Source: an uncultured Acidimicrobiia bacterium (GTDB lineage Bacteria; Actinomycetota; Acidimicrobiia; Spongiisociales; ZC4RG35). Taken from it: a DNA stretch of 64,000 nt. Positions 20,352 through 29,503 of this stretch are shown in pieces. The stretch covers positions 280,342-344,341 of the forward strand of contig CAVXIT010000003.1 in the NCBI GenBank assembly GCA_963761985.1, written 5' to 3'. Made by a program: the position numbers and the translations under genes. Numbering within the stretch: the stretch's first letter is position 1; every line of letters starts with the position of its first letter. Under the pieces are notes generated by a model. That model worked only from the letters and a program-made list of their open reading frames with translations, was not told the DNA's origin and did no database searches.

Positions 20352-20565
20352 GACTCATCGACTCCCGCACCTTGAAGGTGATGTCGAGAACAACCTCAAA
20401 ATCGGTCGGCACTCCGGAGCTGTCAACCTGGCCGGAGACGTGCGCCACATCAAACCGGGTGATGTCGCGTATGGTCACCGAGGCGCGGGCGAGCACAGTG
20501 CGGATGGCGTCTTCGATCGAATCCGACGAGCCCCCGGAGAGGCGAACAGTCTTGGAAATAGTCAT
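20344..20565 (-). CDS. Dodecin family protein
   Basis: About 73 aa with SSDSIEDAI..A..TIRDITRFDV...F.V.LDITF. Confidence 0.85.
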   Translation of the reverse strand: MTISKTVRLSGGSSDSIEDAIRTVLARASVTIRDITRFDVAHVSGQVDSSGVPTDFEVVLDITFKVRESMSRE

Positions 20566-20652
20566 GGCATCCATTCTGGCGTACGATCCGGCCGCCAAAC
20601 ACGAGGGCAAATCCGCAAGAATGGGTGGAAGACCTATAAGCGAGGATTTCCG

Positions 20653-21159
20653 GTGACCAGCGACCCCGATCATCATGAAGTAGACGCCCAGACCACCCGC
20701 GACCGTGTGGTGGTCGATCGGAAAACATGGAGCCCCGCTCAGATCGTCGCCGGCGGAATCGGGCTCTTTCTGACAGTGCTCGGGGCGATTGCGGCGCTAC
20801 GGGTGGGGTTCGACTTCGACTCGACCGCCTCAGTGCTCGGACTTTCGCACACCTTGCTGATGGCAGTCATCCACCTAATCGTGGGAATCATCTACCTGGT
20901 CACGGCCGGCAACGCCCTGGGAAGCCGAGCGGACACTCACCACGATGGGTCTTGTCCTATGGCTTTCGGCCTCGTCTACGGCATCGAGAGTGAGTCTCTG
21001 GCCGGGCCCCTCGGCGGTGACAACCGAATCGGTTGGATCTACGCCATCATCGGGGTCATCAGCCTGATTACGGCGTGGACCTCGCCAACGATCCATGTCC
21101 GGCGCGAAGCGACGGCCCGCCTTACCGATACGGTCCACGAGCAGGAACCACCGGTCTAA
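20653..21159 (+). CDS. Membrane protein (DUF4383-like)
   Basis: WSPAQIV followed by four TM segments and GLSHTLLMAVIHL. There is a probable local double frameshift at 20929-20960. Confidence 0.7.
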   Translation: MTSDPDHHEVDAQTTRDRVVVDRKTWSPAQIVAGGIGLFLTVLGAIAALRVGFDFDSTASVLGLSHTLLMAVIHLIVGIIYLVTAGNALGSRADTHHDGSCPMAFGLVYGIESESLAGPLGGDNRIGWIYAIIGVISLITAWTSPTIHVRREATARLTDTVHEQEPPV

Positions 21160-21217
21160 GAGAGCGGCGCTGGTGGCGGCCGAAATTTGGTGGTCGGAAA
21201 GCGAGCGATATAGTTAG

Positions 21218-21233
21218 TCGAACATATGTTCGC
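21218..21233. promoter_or_regulatory. LexA (SOS) box overlapping the dnaE2 start codon
   Basis: TCGAACATATGTTCGC, just downstream of a TATAGT -10 element (21209-21214). Confidence 0.88.
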
Positions 21234-24200
21234 CTATGCCGAGCTGCATTGCCATACCAATTTTTCGTTTCTCGACGGGGCTTCGCATGCCGAGGACCTG
21301 GTGGCCAGGGCAGTCGAGCTTTCCTACCGGGCTCTGGCCGTCACAGATCACAACGGCTTCTACGGCGCGGTGCGTTTCTCCACCGCGGCTCGCGATGCTG
21401 GCTTACCTGCGGTGTACGGAACCGAAATCGGCTTGAGCCGTAACTGGAAGCCGCCAGCGGTGCGCCCCAAGCCACCGCCGATTCAACCTGGAATCCGCCG
21501 GCGCGGACGCAACAAGCGGATGCATGGACAGAAGCCGACCAACAAGGAGCCGACCGATCATTTGCTGCTGCTCGCCGGTTCACCTGCCGGCTACCGCGCC
21601 CTCTCACGCTTTGTCACCAATGCTCAGTTCCGAGGCGAGAAAGACCGACCGATCTATCTGCAGAGCGATCTGGAAGATCTGGCCAAGGTCGCGGACCTGG
21701 CCGTATTGAGCGGATGCCGCCAGGGAGTCATTGGCGAAGCTGCCAACCGGGGTGATCTGGCGGCAACGATGAGCGCGGCAATTGGGCTCCGTGAAGTTTT
21801 TGGCGATCGCTTCTACCTCGAGATGTGGCATCACGGCATGCCCGAAGACGATCCCCGCAACGACCTCATCTGGGAGGTGGCCGGGCGTCTCAACCTCGGG
21901 GTGGTCGCAACCAACAACGTCCACTATCACCGCCGCGAGGACGCCGACCTTTCCGAGGTTCTCGCGGCAGTGGGTGGCCGGCGTTCTTTGGAAACCGCGG
22001 ACGGTTTCCGTCCGGCGACCGATGAGCGATATCTCAAATCTCCCGCCGAGATGCATCGGCGATTCGAGCGCTACCCGGGCGCGATCCGAAATGCCCTCGC
22101 CCTCGCTGAGGAGCTCACCTTCGACTTGAGGTTGGTGGCACCCCGCCTTCCTGACTTCCCGATGCCGGGACATTTTCGTTCCGAGATGGAGTATCTCCGT
22201 TCTCTCACTTGGGAAGGGGCTCGCGACGTCTATCCCGGCAACGGCGAGGGGCTGGTCGATCCGATGGCGCGAACCCGGCTCCAACACGAGCTCGACATCA
22301 TCGACCGGCTCGGATTCGCTGGCTATTTCCTCGTGGTTTGGGACATCGTCGCCTTCGCCCGTAGTCAGGACATCTATTGCCAGATCCGGGGCTCAGGAGC
22401 CGACTCGGCGGTTTGTCGCTGTCTCGGCTTGACCCGAGTCGACCCGATCCGGCTCGGTCTTCCCTTCGAGCGTTTCCTCTCCGAGGAAAGGGGTCGTCCG
22501 CCCGACATCGATCTCGATCTCGAAGCCGACCGTCGCGAAGAGGTGATCCAGTATTGCTATCGCCGCTACGGACGAGAGCGAGCGGCGATGGTGGCCAACG
22601 TCATCACCTACCGGGCCAGGTCGGTGCTGCGCGATGTTGGCAAGGCTTTGGGCTTTACCCAGGCTCAAGTCGACGGGCTTTCCCGCTATGTCGACAGCCA
22701 CGACCCCGCCGCGATCCGACTCGATGCTCCGTTACCTCCGGGTCTGACCGCCGAGTTGCTCTATGACGTCTGCTGGCGGCTCGATGGGTTCCCCCGGCAT
22801 TTGGGGATCCACTCGGGCGGAATGGTGATCGCCGATCGCCCCCTCGCTCAGGTGGTTCCCCTCGAGTGGGGGAGGATGGAGGATCGTTCGGTTCTCCAAT
22901 GGGACAAGGACGATTGCGCGGCGATCGGGATCGTCAAATTCGATCTGCTCGGGTTGGGGATGCTTAATGCCCTGCATCTCACCGCCGACCTCGTCGAGGA
23001 GGCGCACGGGTTCGAGATCGACCTCGCCACGATTCCGCAAGAGCCGGCGATCTATCGAATGCTGACGCAGTCCGACACCGTTGGCATGTTCCAGGTTGAG
23101 TCACGCGCGCAGATGGCCACTTTGCCGCGGATGAAGCCTGTCACCTTCTATGACCTGGCCGTAGAGGTTGCCCTGATCCGCCCCGGACCGATCCAGGGAC
23201 AATCGGTTCATCCCTATTTGCGCCGGCGAAATGGGGACGAGCCGATTCGTTTTCCGCATCCGCTCACGATTCCCATTCTCGAGAAGACGATGGGGGTTCC
23301 GATTTTCCAGGAGCAGCTGATGGAACTGGCCCGGGTTTGCGCCGGTTTCGATGGAGGCCAATCCGATCGCCTGCGTCAAGCGATGACCCATAAACGCTCG
23401 GAGGAGGCAATGGGCCGGCTGGCCGAGGAAGTCTTTGCCGGGATGGCGGCCAAGGGAGTAACCGGCGCGGCGGCCGACGAGATCTGGGAAAAGCTCCAGG
23501 GCTTCGCCCACTTCGGCTTTCCCGAGAGCCATTCGGTGAGCTTCGCCTACATCGTTTACATGTCGGCCTGGTTGAAATACCACTGGCCCACCGAGACCCT
23601 GGCCGGGCTGCTCAACGCCCAACCGATGGGGTTCTACAGCCCCAACAGTCTTGTCCAGGACGCGCGCCGGCACGGGGTGGAGACACTCTCTCCCTGCATC
23701 AACCGCTCATTTCACGACTGCACAATCGAAGGATGGTCGGTCGATCCAGACGACACGGTCAGCTACTACGGGGCGAGCTGGCGGCGGGGGAGAGGGCCTA
23801 TCGAAGATCCCTTGCGACCGGCAATGGCGGTTCGACTCGGGCTTCGCTATGTCCGCAACCTCGGGGAGAAAGACATCGATCGGATCGAAGCCGCCCGTCA
23901 GATCGGGGGCGAGTTCACGAGCCCCGAAGACGTCGCGTTTCGCACCGGGTTGTCGGTGCAAGCTCTCGAAGGTCTGGCTGGCAGTGGAGCTTTGGAATCG
24001 CTTGGCATCGAAAGACGGGCCGGGATGTGGGCGGCCGGACCGCTATCTGAAATCGACCCGGAGCGGCTTCCGCTTTCTCCCGGGACCGAGGCACCCCCGC
24101 TGCCGGGAATGACTGCGGAGGAAGAGCATCGCGCCGACCTGTGGTCGACCGGGGTGTCCAACACACATCCGATTCAGTTCATCCGCGACGAGTTGGTTGC

Positions 24201-24519
24201 AGCGGGATGTCTGACCGTGATGGAAGCGCTCAATTTGCGCCGCAATGGGGTGATGGCCGAGGTTGGCGGCGTGGTGACCCATCGTCAGCATCCGGGCACG
24301 GCCGCAGGCGTGGTCTTCTTCAACCTCGAAGACGAGACCGGCATGCTGAATATCGTGGTGTTGCCACCAGTTTGGTCAGCGAATCGCGAAGTTGCTCGCA
24401 AGACCGCGGCAATGGTGATTGGGGGAAGACTCGAGTATCGGGACGGAGTCACCAACCTGGTGGCGCATCGTTTCATACCGCTGCATGTGGCAACGCTTAA
24501 GTCCCGCGATTTTCGTTAA
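21226..24519 (+). CDS. dnaE2: Error-prone DNA polymerase DnaE2 (ImuC)
   Basis: YAELHCHTNFSFLDGAS, RGSGADS, PPDIDLD, GFPESH and the diagnostic C-terminal SRDFR. Confidence 0.96.
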   Translation: MFAYAELHCHTNFSFLDGASHAEDLVARAVELSYRALAVTDHNGFYGAVRFSTAARDAGLPAVYGTEIGLSRNWKPPAVRPKPPPIQPGIRRRGRNKRMHGQKPTNKEPTDHLLLLAGSPAGYRALSRFVTNAQFRGEKDRPIYLQSDLEDLAKVADLAVLSGCRQGVIGEAANRGDLAATMSAAIGLREVFGDRFYLEMWHHGMPEDDPRNDLIWEVAGRLNLGVVATNNVHYHRREDADLSEVLAAVGGRRSLETADGFRPATDERYLKSPAEMHRRFERYPGAIRNALALAEELTFDLRLVAPRLPDFPMPGHFRSEMEYLRSLTWEGARDVYPGNGEGLVDPMARTRLQHELDIIDRLGFAGYFLVVWDIVAFARSQDIYCQIRGSGADSAVCRCLGLTRVDPIRLGLPFERFLSEERGRPPDIDLDLEADRREEVIQYCYRRYGRERAAMVANVITYRARSVLRDVGKALGFTQAQVDGLSRYVDSHDPAAIRLDAPLPPGLTAELLYDVCWRLDGFPRHLGIHSGGMVIADRPLAQVVPLEWGRMEDRSVLQWDKDDCAAIGIVKFDLLGLGMLNALHLTADLVEEAHGFEIDLATIPQEPAIYRMLTQSDTVGMFQVESRAQMATLPRMKPVTFYDLAVEVALIRPGPIQGQSVHPYLRRRNGDEPIRFPHPLTIPILEKTMGVPIFQEQLMELARVCAGFDGGQSDRLRQAMTHKRSEEAMGRLAEEVFAGMAAKGVTGAAADEIWEKLQGFAHFGFPESHSVSFAYIVYMSAWLKYHWPTETLAGLLNAQPMGFYSPNSLVQDARRHGVETLSPCINRSFHDCTIEGWSVDPDDTVSYYGASWRRGRGPIEDPLRPAMAVRLGLRYVRNLGEKDIDRIEAARQIGGEFTSPEDVAFRTGLSVQALEGLAGSGALESLGIERRAGMWAAGPLSEIDPERLPLSPGTEAPPLPGMTAEEEHRADLWSTGVSNTHPIQFIRDELVAAGCLTVMEALNLRRNGVMAEVGGVVTHRQHPGTAAGVVFFNLEDETGMLNIVVLPPVWSANREVARKTAAMVIGGRLEYRDGVTNLVAHRFIPLHVATLKSRDFR

Positions 24520-25010
24520 CCGCAGCTCCAGTAACCCCAGCCCGGACCGGCGTACACGATGTGAGCGGCGACAGAGACATTCAGTGCCGGATCAAAAGGA
24601 TCTGCTTCCGCCGGCAGACCCATCTCGGCGACTGCCAGCGCCCAATCGGTGGGATCGATCTGGAATAAACCCACGGCGCCGGTGGCGGGATCGATCGAAT
24701 CGACATCGAAGCGGGACAAGCACCAGGCCACGCGCACTGCCTGATTCACATCCCCGGACGCAAAGTGCGCGTTCACCAGGTCCCGAAAAACGACCGAGTC
24801 GAGCCAACCGGTGTCGAGCTCGACCGAAGACGCCGTGCTGGATGAATTGACGGCAGCGGAAGTCGACGGTTCCTCGGTCAAGGGCTCGATTGCCGGCAAG
24901 GGCGCGACCCGAGGAAGCGCTTCGTTGGTGTTAAAAGCGGCGAAACCCACAATTGTGAGCAGGATCACCGCTGACCACCCAGCCATGTGCAAAAACCTGT
25001 GGAAACTCAT
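24516..25010 (-). CDS. Membrane-anchored SLT (lytic transglycosylase-like) domain protein lacking the catalytic Glu
   Basis: N-terminal TM, AWCLSR where AxCES is expected, GLFQI, DPFDPALNV and GWGYWSC. Confidence 0.8.
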   Translation of the reverse strand: MSFHRFLHMAGWSAVILLTIVGFAAFNTNEALPRVAPLPAIEPLTEEPSTSAAVNSSSTASSVELDTGWLDSVVFRDLVNAHFASGDVNQAVRVAWCLSRFDVDSIDPATGAVGLFQIDPTDWALAVAEMGLPAEADPFDPALNVSVAAHIVYAGPGWGYWSCG

Positions 25011-25061
25011 GACTCCGACCCGTGCAAAAAGGTATTCCGCCGCCCTTCCGGCGGCAAACCG

Positions 25062-26189
25062 CTAGAGGGTTACTTTTCGCGCTTGCAGCCAGTCCACAAC
25101 CAACCCCCAAGCAGAACTTGAAGGTTCCAAAAAGGAGCCGTGGCTCCCTTCGCATAAGACGAAATCCACGGTCGAAAATGCTTCGGCATACGCAGAGACA
25201 GCATCCGGCGGACTTACGGAGTCCTCGCGTGCGGCCGCGACCACCGTGGGACCAATTGGAGGGGACCGATGCTGGGGTGAGTAAAGCTCAGGGGAAGGCT
25301 GATCGCCCGCGAGAAGACGGCTCACAGGACCCGACCACACCGGGTCCTGGGCCGCTCTTACGAGGTCAGGGAACGGGGCCAGGGCCGCAATCGGACCCGG
25401 ATGGAACGAGGCGGCCCAGAGGACCATCGTTGCCCCGGCCGAGTGACCGATGAGGGCAGTGTTCTCAGGCTCAATTCCGGTCGTTTCCGGCAGATGCTCG
25501 AGCGCTCGAGCGAGGTCCTCGAACGTCTCCGGCCACCCGCCCCCGAGCCCGAGCCGCCGATATTCGAGGTTGACCGTTGCCCAGCCGCGTCGCGTCAGAT
25601 CGATCGCGATTCCTTCGGTGGTGTCTGCAGTCCACTCGTGTCGCCAGAGGCCACCATGAACCAGCACGGCCAGGCGGCTGGCAGTGCCATTCGGCTGGCG
25701 CCAATCGCCATATTGATCGGGCAGAGGGCCGTACACGACCTTTTCCACCTTCCAAGCCAGGCCATTTGCTATATGGCGAATTGCGGAGCTGTAGCCGCCC
25801 GTCCCCCGCCCGTATATCTGCGAGTTCGCCGCCATAGCGGAGCGGCGCCGGAACGGTTCGCGCTCGAGGATGTTGGAGATATGGACCTCAACTACAGGCT
25901 GAGACAATGCCGAGAGTGCGTCGCCCAAGGCCCGCGAGTAGTGGGTGAGGGCCCCGGGGTTGATGACCACTGCATCGACGGCCGGCTCCTCGCCGGAGAT
26001 GGTGTGGACCCTGTCGACGAGAGCAGCCTCATCATTGGCTTGAAAGAATGCGACCTCGATTCCCAAGCGGTCACCGAGATCCTTCAGTTCGGCCTCGAGC
26101 TCGGCCAGCGTGGTTCGTCCGTAGATCTCTGGTTCGCGAGTACCGAGCTGGTCGAGGTTCGGACCATTGATGACTAGTACCCGGGACAT
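25062..26189 (-). CDS. aroQ: Type II 3-dehydroquinate dehydratase fused to an alpha/beta-hydrolase
   Basis: N-terminal INGPNLDQLGTREPEIYG, NPGALTHYS and VEVHISN. C-terminal HGGLW, EYR and GHSAG. Confidence 0.88.
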   Translation of the reverse strand: MSRVLVINGPNLDQLGTREPEIYGRTTLAELEAELKDLGDRLGIEVAFFQANDEAALVDRVHTISGEEPAVDAVVINPGALTHYSRALGDALSALSQPVVEVHISNILEREPFRRRSAMAANSQIYGRGTGGYSSAIRHIANGLAWKVEKVVYGPLPDQYGDWRQPNGTASRLAVLVHGGLWRHEWTADTTEGIAIDLTRRGWATVNLEYRRLGLGGGWPETFEDLARALEHLPETTGIEPENTALIGHSAGATMVLWAASFHPGPIAALAPFPDLVRAAQDPVWSGPVSRLLAGDQPSPELYSPQHRSPPIGPTVVAAAREDSVSPPDAVSAYAEAFSTVDFVLCEGSHGSFLEPSSSAWGLVVDWLQARKVTL

Positions 26190-26240
26190 CTCGCCGATGA
26201 TGGCAAAATTGACTCGTTGAAGCGATCTTCTCCGTTTCTG

Positions 26241-26984
26241 ATGCGGTTCTTGCCCGGGGCGATTTTCGCCATGCTTTTGCTTGGCGCCTGTGGTGACGCG
26301 CCACTAAGCGACGTCGGCGGTGGCGCCTCCGATTGGATTGGAGAGCCAACCCTGGTGAGCACCGCGACGACCGAGAACTCGGGACCGGCCCTGGTCGCCA
26401 CCCGCCGGGTCGAGTGGTTCAACGGGGATCTCGCCCCGGTCGCAGGTACGACCTCAGCCGAGATCATTTCCGGTGTTTACGCCCGAGCGCGATCGAGCGA
26501 CCCGTTCGTCCAGGCCACTCCGGAAGAGATTGCCCTAGCTCTGCCTGGCATCGAGTTTCCGAGCCAGGTTCCCCCCGAGGTCAGGTACGTCACGAGCCAA
26601 CTCGTCTACGACCTTGCCCAGGTGACCCTCTCCACCGAGCAGGTCGCGGCCTTCGGCCTCTGGTCGGTGGAGCCGTACACCCGGTCGCGCTCGGTGGGTC
26701 AGCAAGCGGTGTTGACGGTGGTCAACGACCCGGAGGGATTGGCCGCGCTTGCATCCGGGACGGCCGACACCAGCTGCGCTCGCTACATCGACCGACAAGC
26801 GCAGTGCTCGGTCACCACTGTCGAAGGAGGTCCGGCCTGGGAGCTGACAGACCGCTTGGGAACGTCGCTCATTTGGTACACGACCACCTATCGCTATGAG
26901 CTCTTCCTCCGCTCCGGGGTCAACCCCGGGTGGGCGGTGCCAATGGCTGACTCAGCCCGCTCCCTCGACTCGGTTAGTGGATGA
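26241..26984 (+). CDS. Hypothetical lipoprotein
   Basis: Signal peptide with lipobox LLLGA-C. Translationally coupled to the downstream ABC gene. Confidence 0.72.
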   Translation: MRFLPGAIFAMLLLGACGDAPLSDVGGGASDWIGEPTLVSTATTENSGPALVATRRVEWFNGDLAPVAGTTSAEIISGVYARARSSDPFVQATPEEIALALPGIEFPSQVPPEVRYVTSQLVYDLAQVTLSTEQVAAFGLWSVEPYTRSRSVGQQAVLTVVNDPEGLAALASGTADTSCARYIDRQAQCSVTTVEGGPAWELTDRLGTSLIWYTTTYRYELFLRSGVNPGWAVPMADSARSLDSVSG

Positions 26985-28960
26985 CCCACTTCGGTTGGAA
27001 CTACATCCGGTATGACCCGGAGGAAGCCAAGTCCGATCTAAACCGCGAGTTGCTCGGCCGAGTCTGGCGTTATGGCCGGCAATACCGCCGCCAGCTGGTC
27101 GGGGTCATCTTCACCGTGGTGACCACTTCGATCCTCAGCGTCGTCCCTCCGCAACTGACCAGGCGGCTGATAGATGAGGCCCTACCGCAGCGGAACCTAA
27201 GGCTTCTGACGATCCTCGGGCTTGGGATGGTGCTCTTGCCACTCGTCAATTCGGCGATCGGCGTTCTGCAGCGCTGGTGGTCGGCCCGAGCCGGCGAGGG
27301 GATCATCTTCGATCTTCGGCGCCAGCTCTACGAGCACCTGCAAAAGATGTCGCTGCGCTTTTTCACGTCCACCCGGACCGGAGAGCTCATCTCGCGGCTC
27401 AATACCGATGTAGTCGGCGCCCAACAGGCAATCACCGGCACCTTCATCACCGTGTTCTCGAACCTTGTTTCGGTGGTGGTGATCTTGGTGGTGATGCTCC
27501 GCGCCGAGTGGCGACTGACTCTGCTCGCGTTGATGGCGCTGCCGCTCTTTGCGCTTCCGGCGAGACGTGTCGCCCGAATTCTCCGGCGCTACACCGACCA
27601 GCAAATGCAACGAAACGCGGAGATGTCGGTGATTCTCCAGGAGACGTTCAATATCTCCGGTGCGTTACTGGTCAAGCTCTTTGGGCGCGAGAGAGCTGAG
27701 TCCGGGCGTTACGCGGCCGAGGCTGCGGGGGCGCGTGATCTCGGGGTGAAGCAAGCCATGGTTGGGCGATGGTTCTTTGCCACGCTCGGTCTGGTGGGAG
27801 CTTTCGGCTCCGCCGTCGTGTTCTGGGTCGGCGGTTGGATGGTCATTCGCGAGGAGCTCACCATCGGCACCGTTGTGATGTTCACGGCCCTGATCGGACA
27901 GCTCTACGGCCCGCTGAGCTCCCTCACGACGAGCCGGGTGGAATTGGCGACGTCGCTCGTTTCTTTTGAGCGCGTCTTCGAAGTGCTCGATATGAGACCC
28001 GATGTCAGCGAAGGAACCGAGGATCTCCGCGAGATGAAAGGCGACGTCGAGTTCGACCACGTCTCTTTCCGCTATCAGAGCGGCGAGCTGATCGGCCTCG
28101 AGGCGGTGAAGCGACGGGGTCGCCGCGCCAACCTCGACGAAGGCCTTGTCCCCCAACAAGTGTCGACTCGCCAATGGGCCATCGAAGACGTCGATTTCAA
28201 GATCAACGCCGGTCAGCTCGTGGCGTTGGTAGGCCCGAGCGGCGCCGGCAAGACGACGGTGTCATATTTGATCCCCCGTCTCTATGACGTCACCCAGGGA
28301 GCGATCCGCATCGATGGATTTGATGTGCGGTCGTTGACCTTTGAGTCCATTGCCCGCGGCATCGGAGTTGTGACCCAGGAGACCTATCTCTTCCACGACA
28401 CGATTGCCGCCAACCTCCGCTACGCCCGCGCTGACGCCACGACCGACGAACTATGGGCGGCCGCTCGAGCCGCCAACATCGCCGACTTCATCGAAGCCTT
28501 GCCTGAAAAGTTCGAAACCATTGTCGGTGAGCGTGGCTACCGCCTCTCTGGGGGCGAAAGGCAACGACTGGCGATCGCGCGCGTCATTCTCAAGGACCCG
28601 GCCGTGCTCATCCTCGACGAGGCGACCTCTTCGCTCGACTCGCGCTCGGAGGCGCTGATCCAGGAGGCTTTGGAACGGTTGATGCAAGGACGTACTTCAG
28701 TGGTCATTGCCCACCGCCTGTCGACGATCCTGGCCGCCGATCAAATCCTGGTCCTCGATCAGGGCCGGCTGGTCGAGCAAGGCTCTCACGAAGTTCTCCT
28801 CAGCCAGGGAGGTTTGTATCGCGAGTTGTTCGAAACCCAGTTCCGGGCGGTGACTGTTTCTCCCCCTTCCTCCCTCCCGCCAAATAATCAGCTTGGGCCG
28901 GCTCTCCCCCCCTCGGAGGGAGAAACGGGGGGAGTGGCCCGTAGGGCCGAGGGGGGCTAG
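26981..28960 (+). CDS. ABC exporter, fused permease/ATPase
   Basis: GPSGAGKT, LSGGERQR, ILDEAT and AHR. The tail after LFETQF reads through a repeat. Confidence 0.93.
   Translation: MTHFGWNYIRYDPEEAKSDLNRELLGRVWRYGRQYRRQLVGVIFTVVTTSILSVVPPQLTRRLIDEALPQRNLRLLTILGLGMVLLPLVNSAIGVLQRWWSARAGEGIIFDLRRQLYEHLQKMSLRFFTSTRTGELISRLNTDVVGAQQAITGTFITVFSNLVSVVVILVVMLRAEWRLTLLALMALPLFALPARRVARILRRYTDQQMQRNAEMSVILQETFNISGALLVKLFGRERAESGRYAAEAAGARDLGVKQAMVGRWFFATLGLVGAFGSAVVFWVGGWMVIREELTIGTVVMFTALIGQLYGPLSSLTTSRVELATSLVSFERVFEVLDMRPDVSEGTEDLREMKGDVEFDHVSFRYQSGELIGLEAVKRRGRRANLDEGLVPQQVSTRQWAIEDVDFKINAGQLVALVGPSGAGKTTVSYLIPRLYDVTQGAIRIDGFDVRSLTFESIARGIGVVTQETYLFHDTIAANLRYARADATTDELWAAARAANIADFIEALPEKFETIVGERGYRLSGGERQRLAIARVILKDPAVLILDEATSSLDSRSEALIQEALERLMQGRTSVVIAHRLSTILAADQILVLDQGRLVEQGSHEVLLSQGGLYRELFETQFRAVTVSPPSSLPPNNQLGPALPPSEGETGGVARRAEGG
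28857..28957. repeat. C/G-run palindromic repeat embedded in the 3' end of the ABC gene
   Basis: CTCCCCCCC...GGGGGGAG stem, GGCCC-GTA-GGGCC hairpin, then GAGGGGGG. TTTCTCCC can pair with GGGAGAAA. Confidence 0.6.
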
Positions 28961-29460
28961 GGGTAAAACTCGCCGGTGTCCTCGATCCGGCTCCCGGGGA
29001 CGAGCAACAAAGGGATCTGGCATCGATCCATCACGCGGACGGAGACGCTTTTCCAGGCCTGCTCGGTGAAGAGCCTACGAGTGGCGCCCATGACGATGGC
29101 GTCCGCTCCGACGTCCTGAGCAGTGTTGATGATGGCCTCGGCAGGGTCGTCGCCCTCGACGAGACGGATCGAGGCAGTCCGGGACTTGGCAGCCAGGGCC
29201 GCTATCAGCGGATCGACGATGCGGCGCCCGCGCTCTTCGAGGTAGCGAGCGGCTTTGACCTCAGCCTGCTCGTTGCGCCGGGCATCGTCGTCGAGGAGCG
29301 AACGGCGTTCTTCGTCATCGAGGGTGGCGAGAAAGGTGCGGGGCACCTGGATGACGGTCATCACCGTGATCGAGCCCAGGTCATTGCCGACGAGGAGGTC
29401 GCAGAAGTCGGCTACCGAGTTCGGCGGCAGGACCCCGGTGGTAGCGACGAGCACATGCAC
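28957..29460 (-). CDS. Universal stress protein
   Basis: HVLVATTG, GDDPAEAII..A...ADAIVMG and SVSVRVM..C.IPLLLVP motifs. Confidence 0.88.
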   Translation of the reverse strand: MHVLVATTGVLPPNSVADFCDLLVGNDLGSITVMTVIQVPRTFLATLDDEERRSLLDDDARRNEQAEVKAARYLEERGRRIVDPLIAALAAKSRTASIRLVEGDDPAEAIINTAQDVGADAIVMGATRRLFTEQAWKSVSVRVMDRCQIPLLLVPGSRIEDTGEFYP

Positions 29461-29503
29461 GGACCGGGAGGTTAGGGCGGATCGCTTGCTTAACTCCTCC
29501 GAC

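Noticed and set aside
21191-21214. PafBC-like motif upstream of dnaE2 (GGTCGG-N11-TATAGT)
   Set aside because: The first base mismatches and the spacing is 11 rather than 10, so it is too weak to call.
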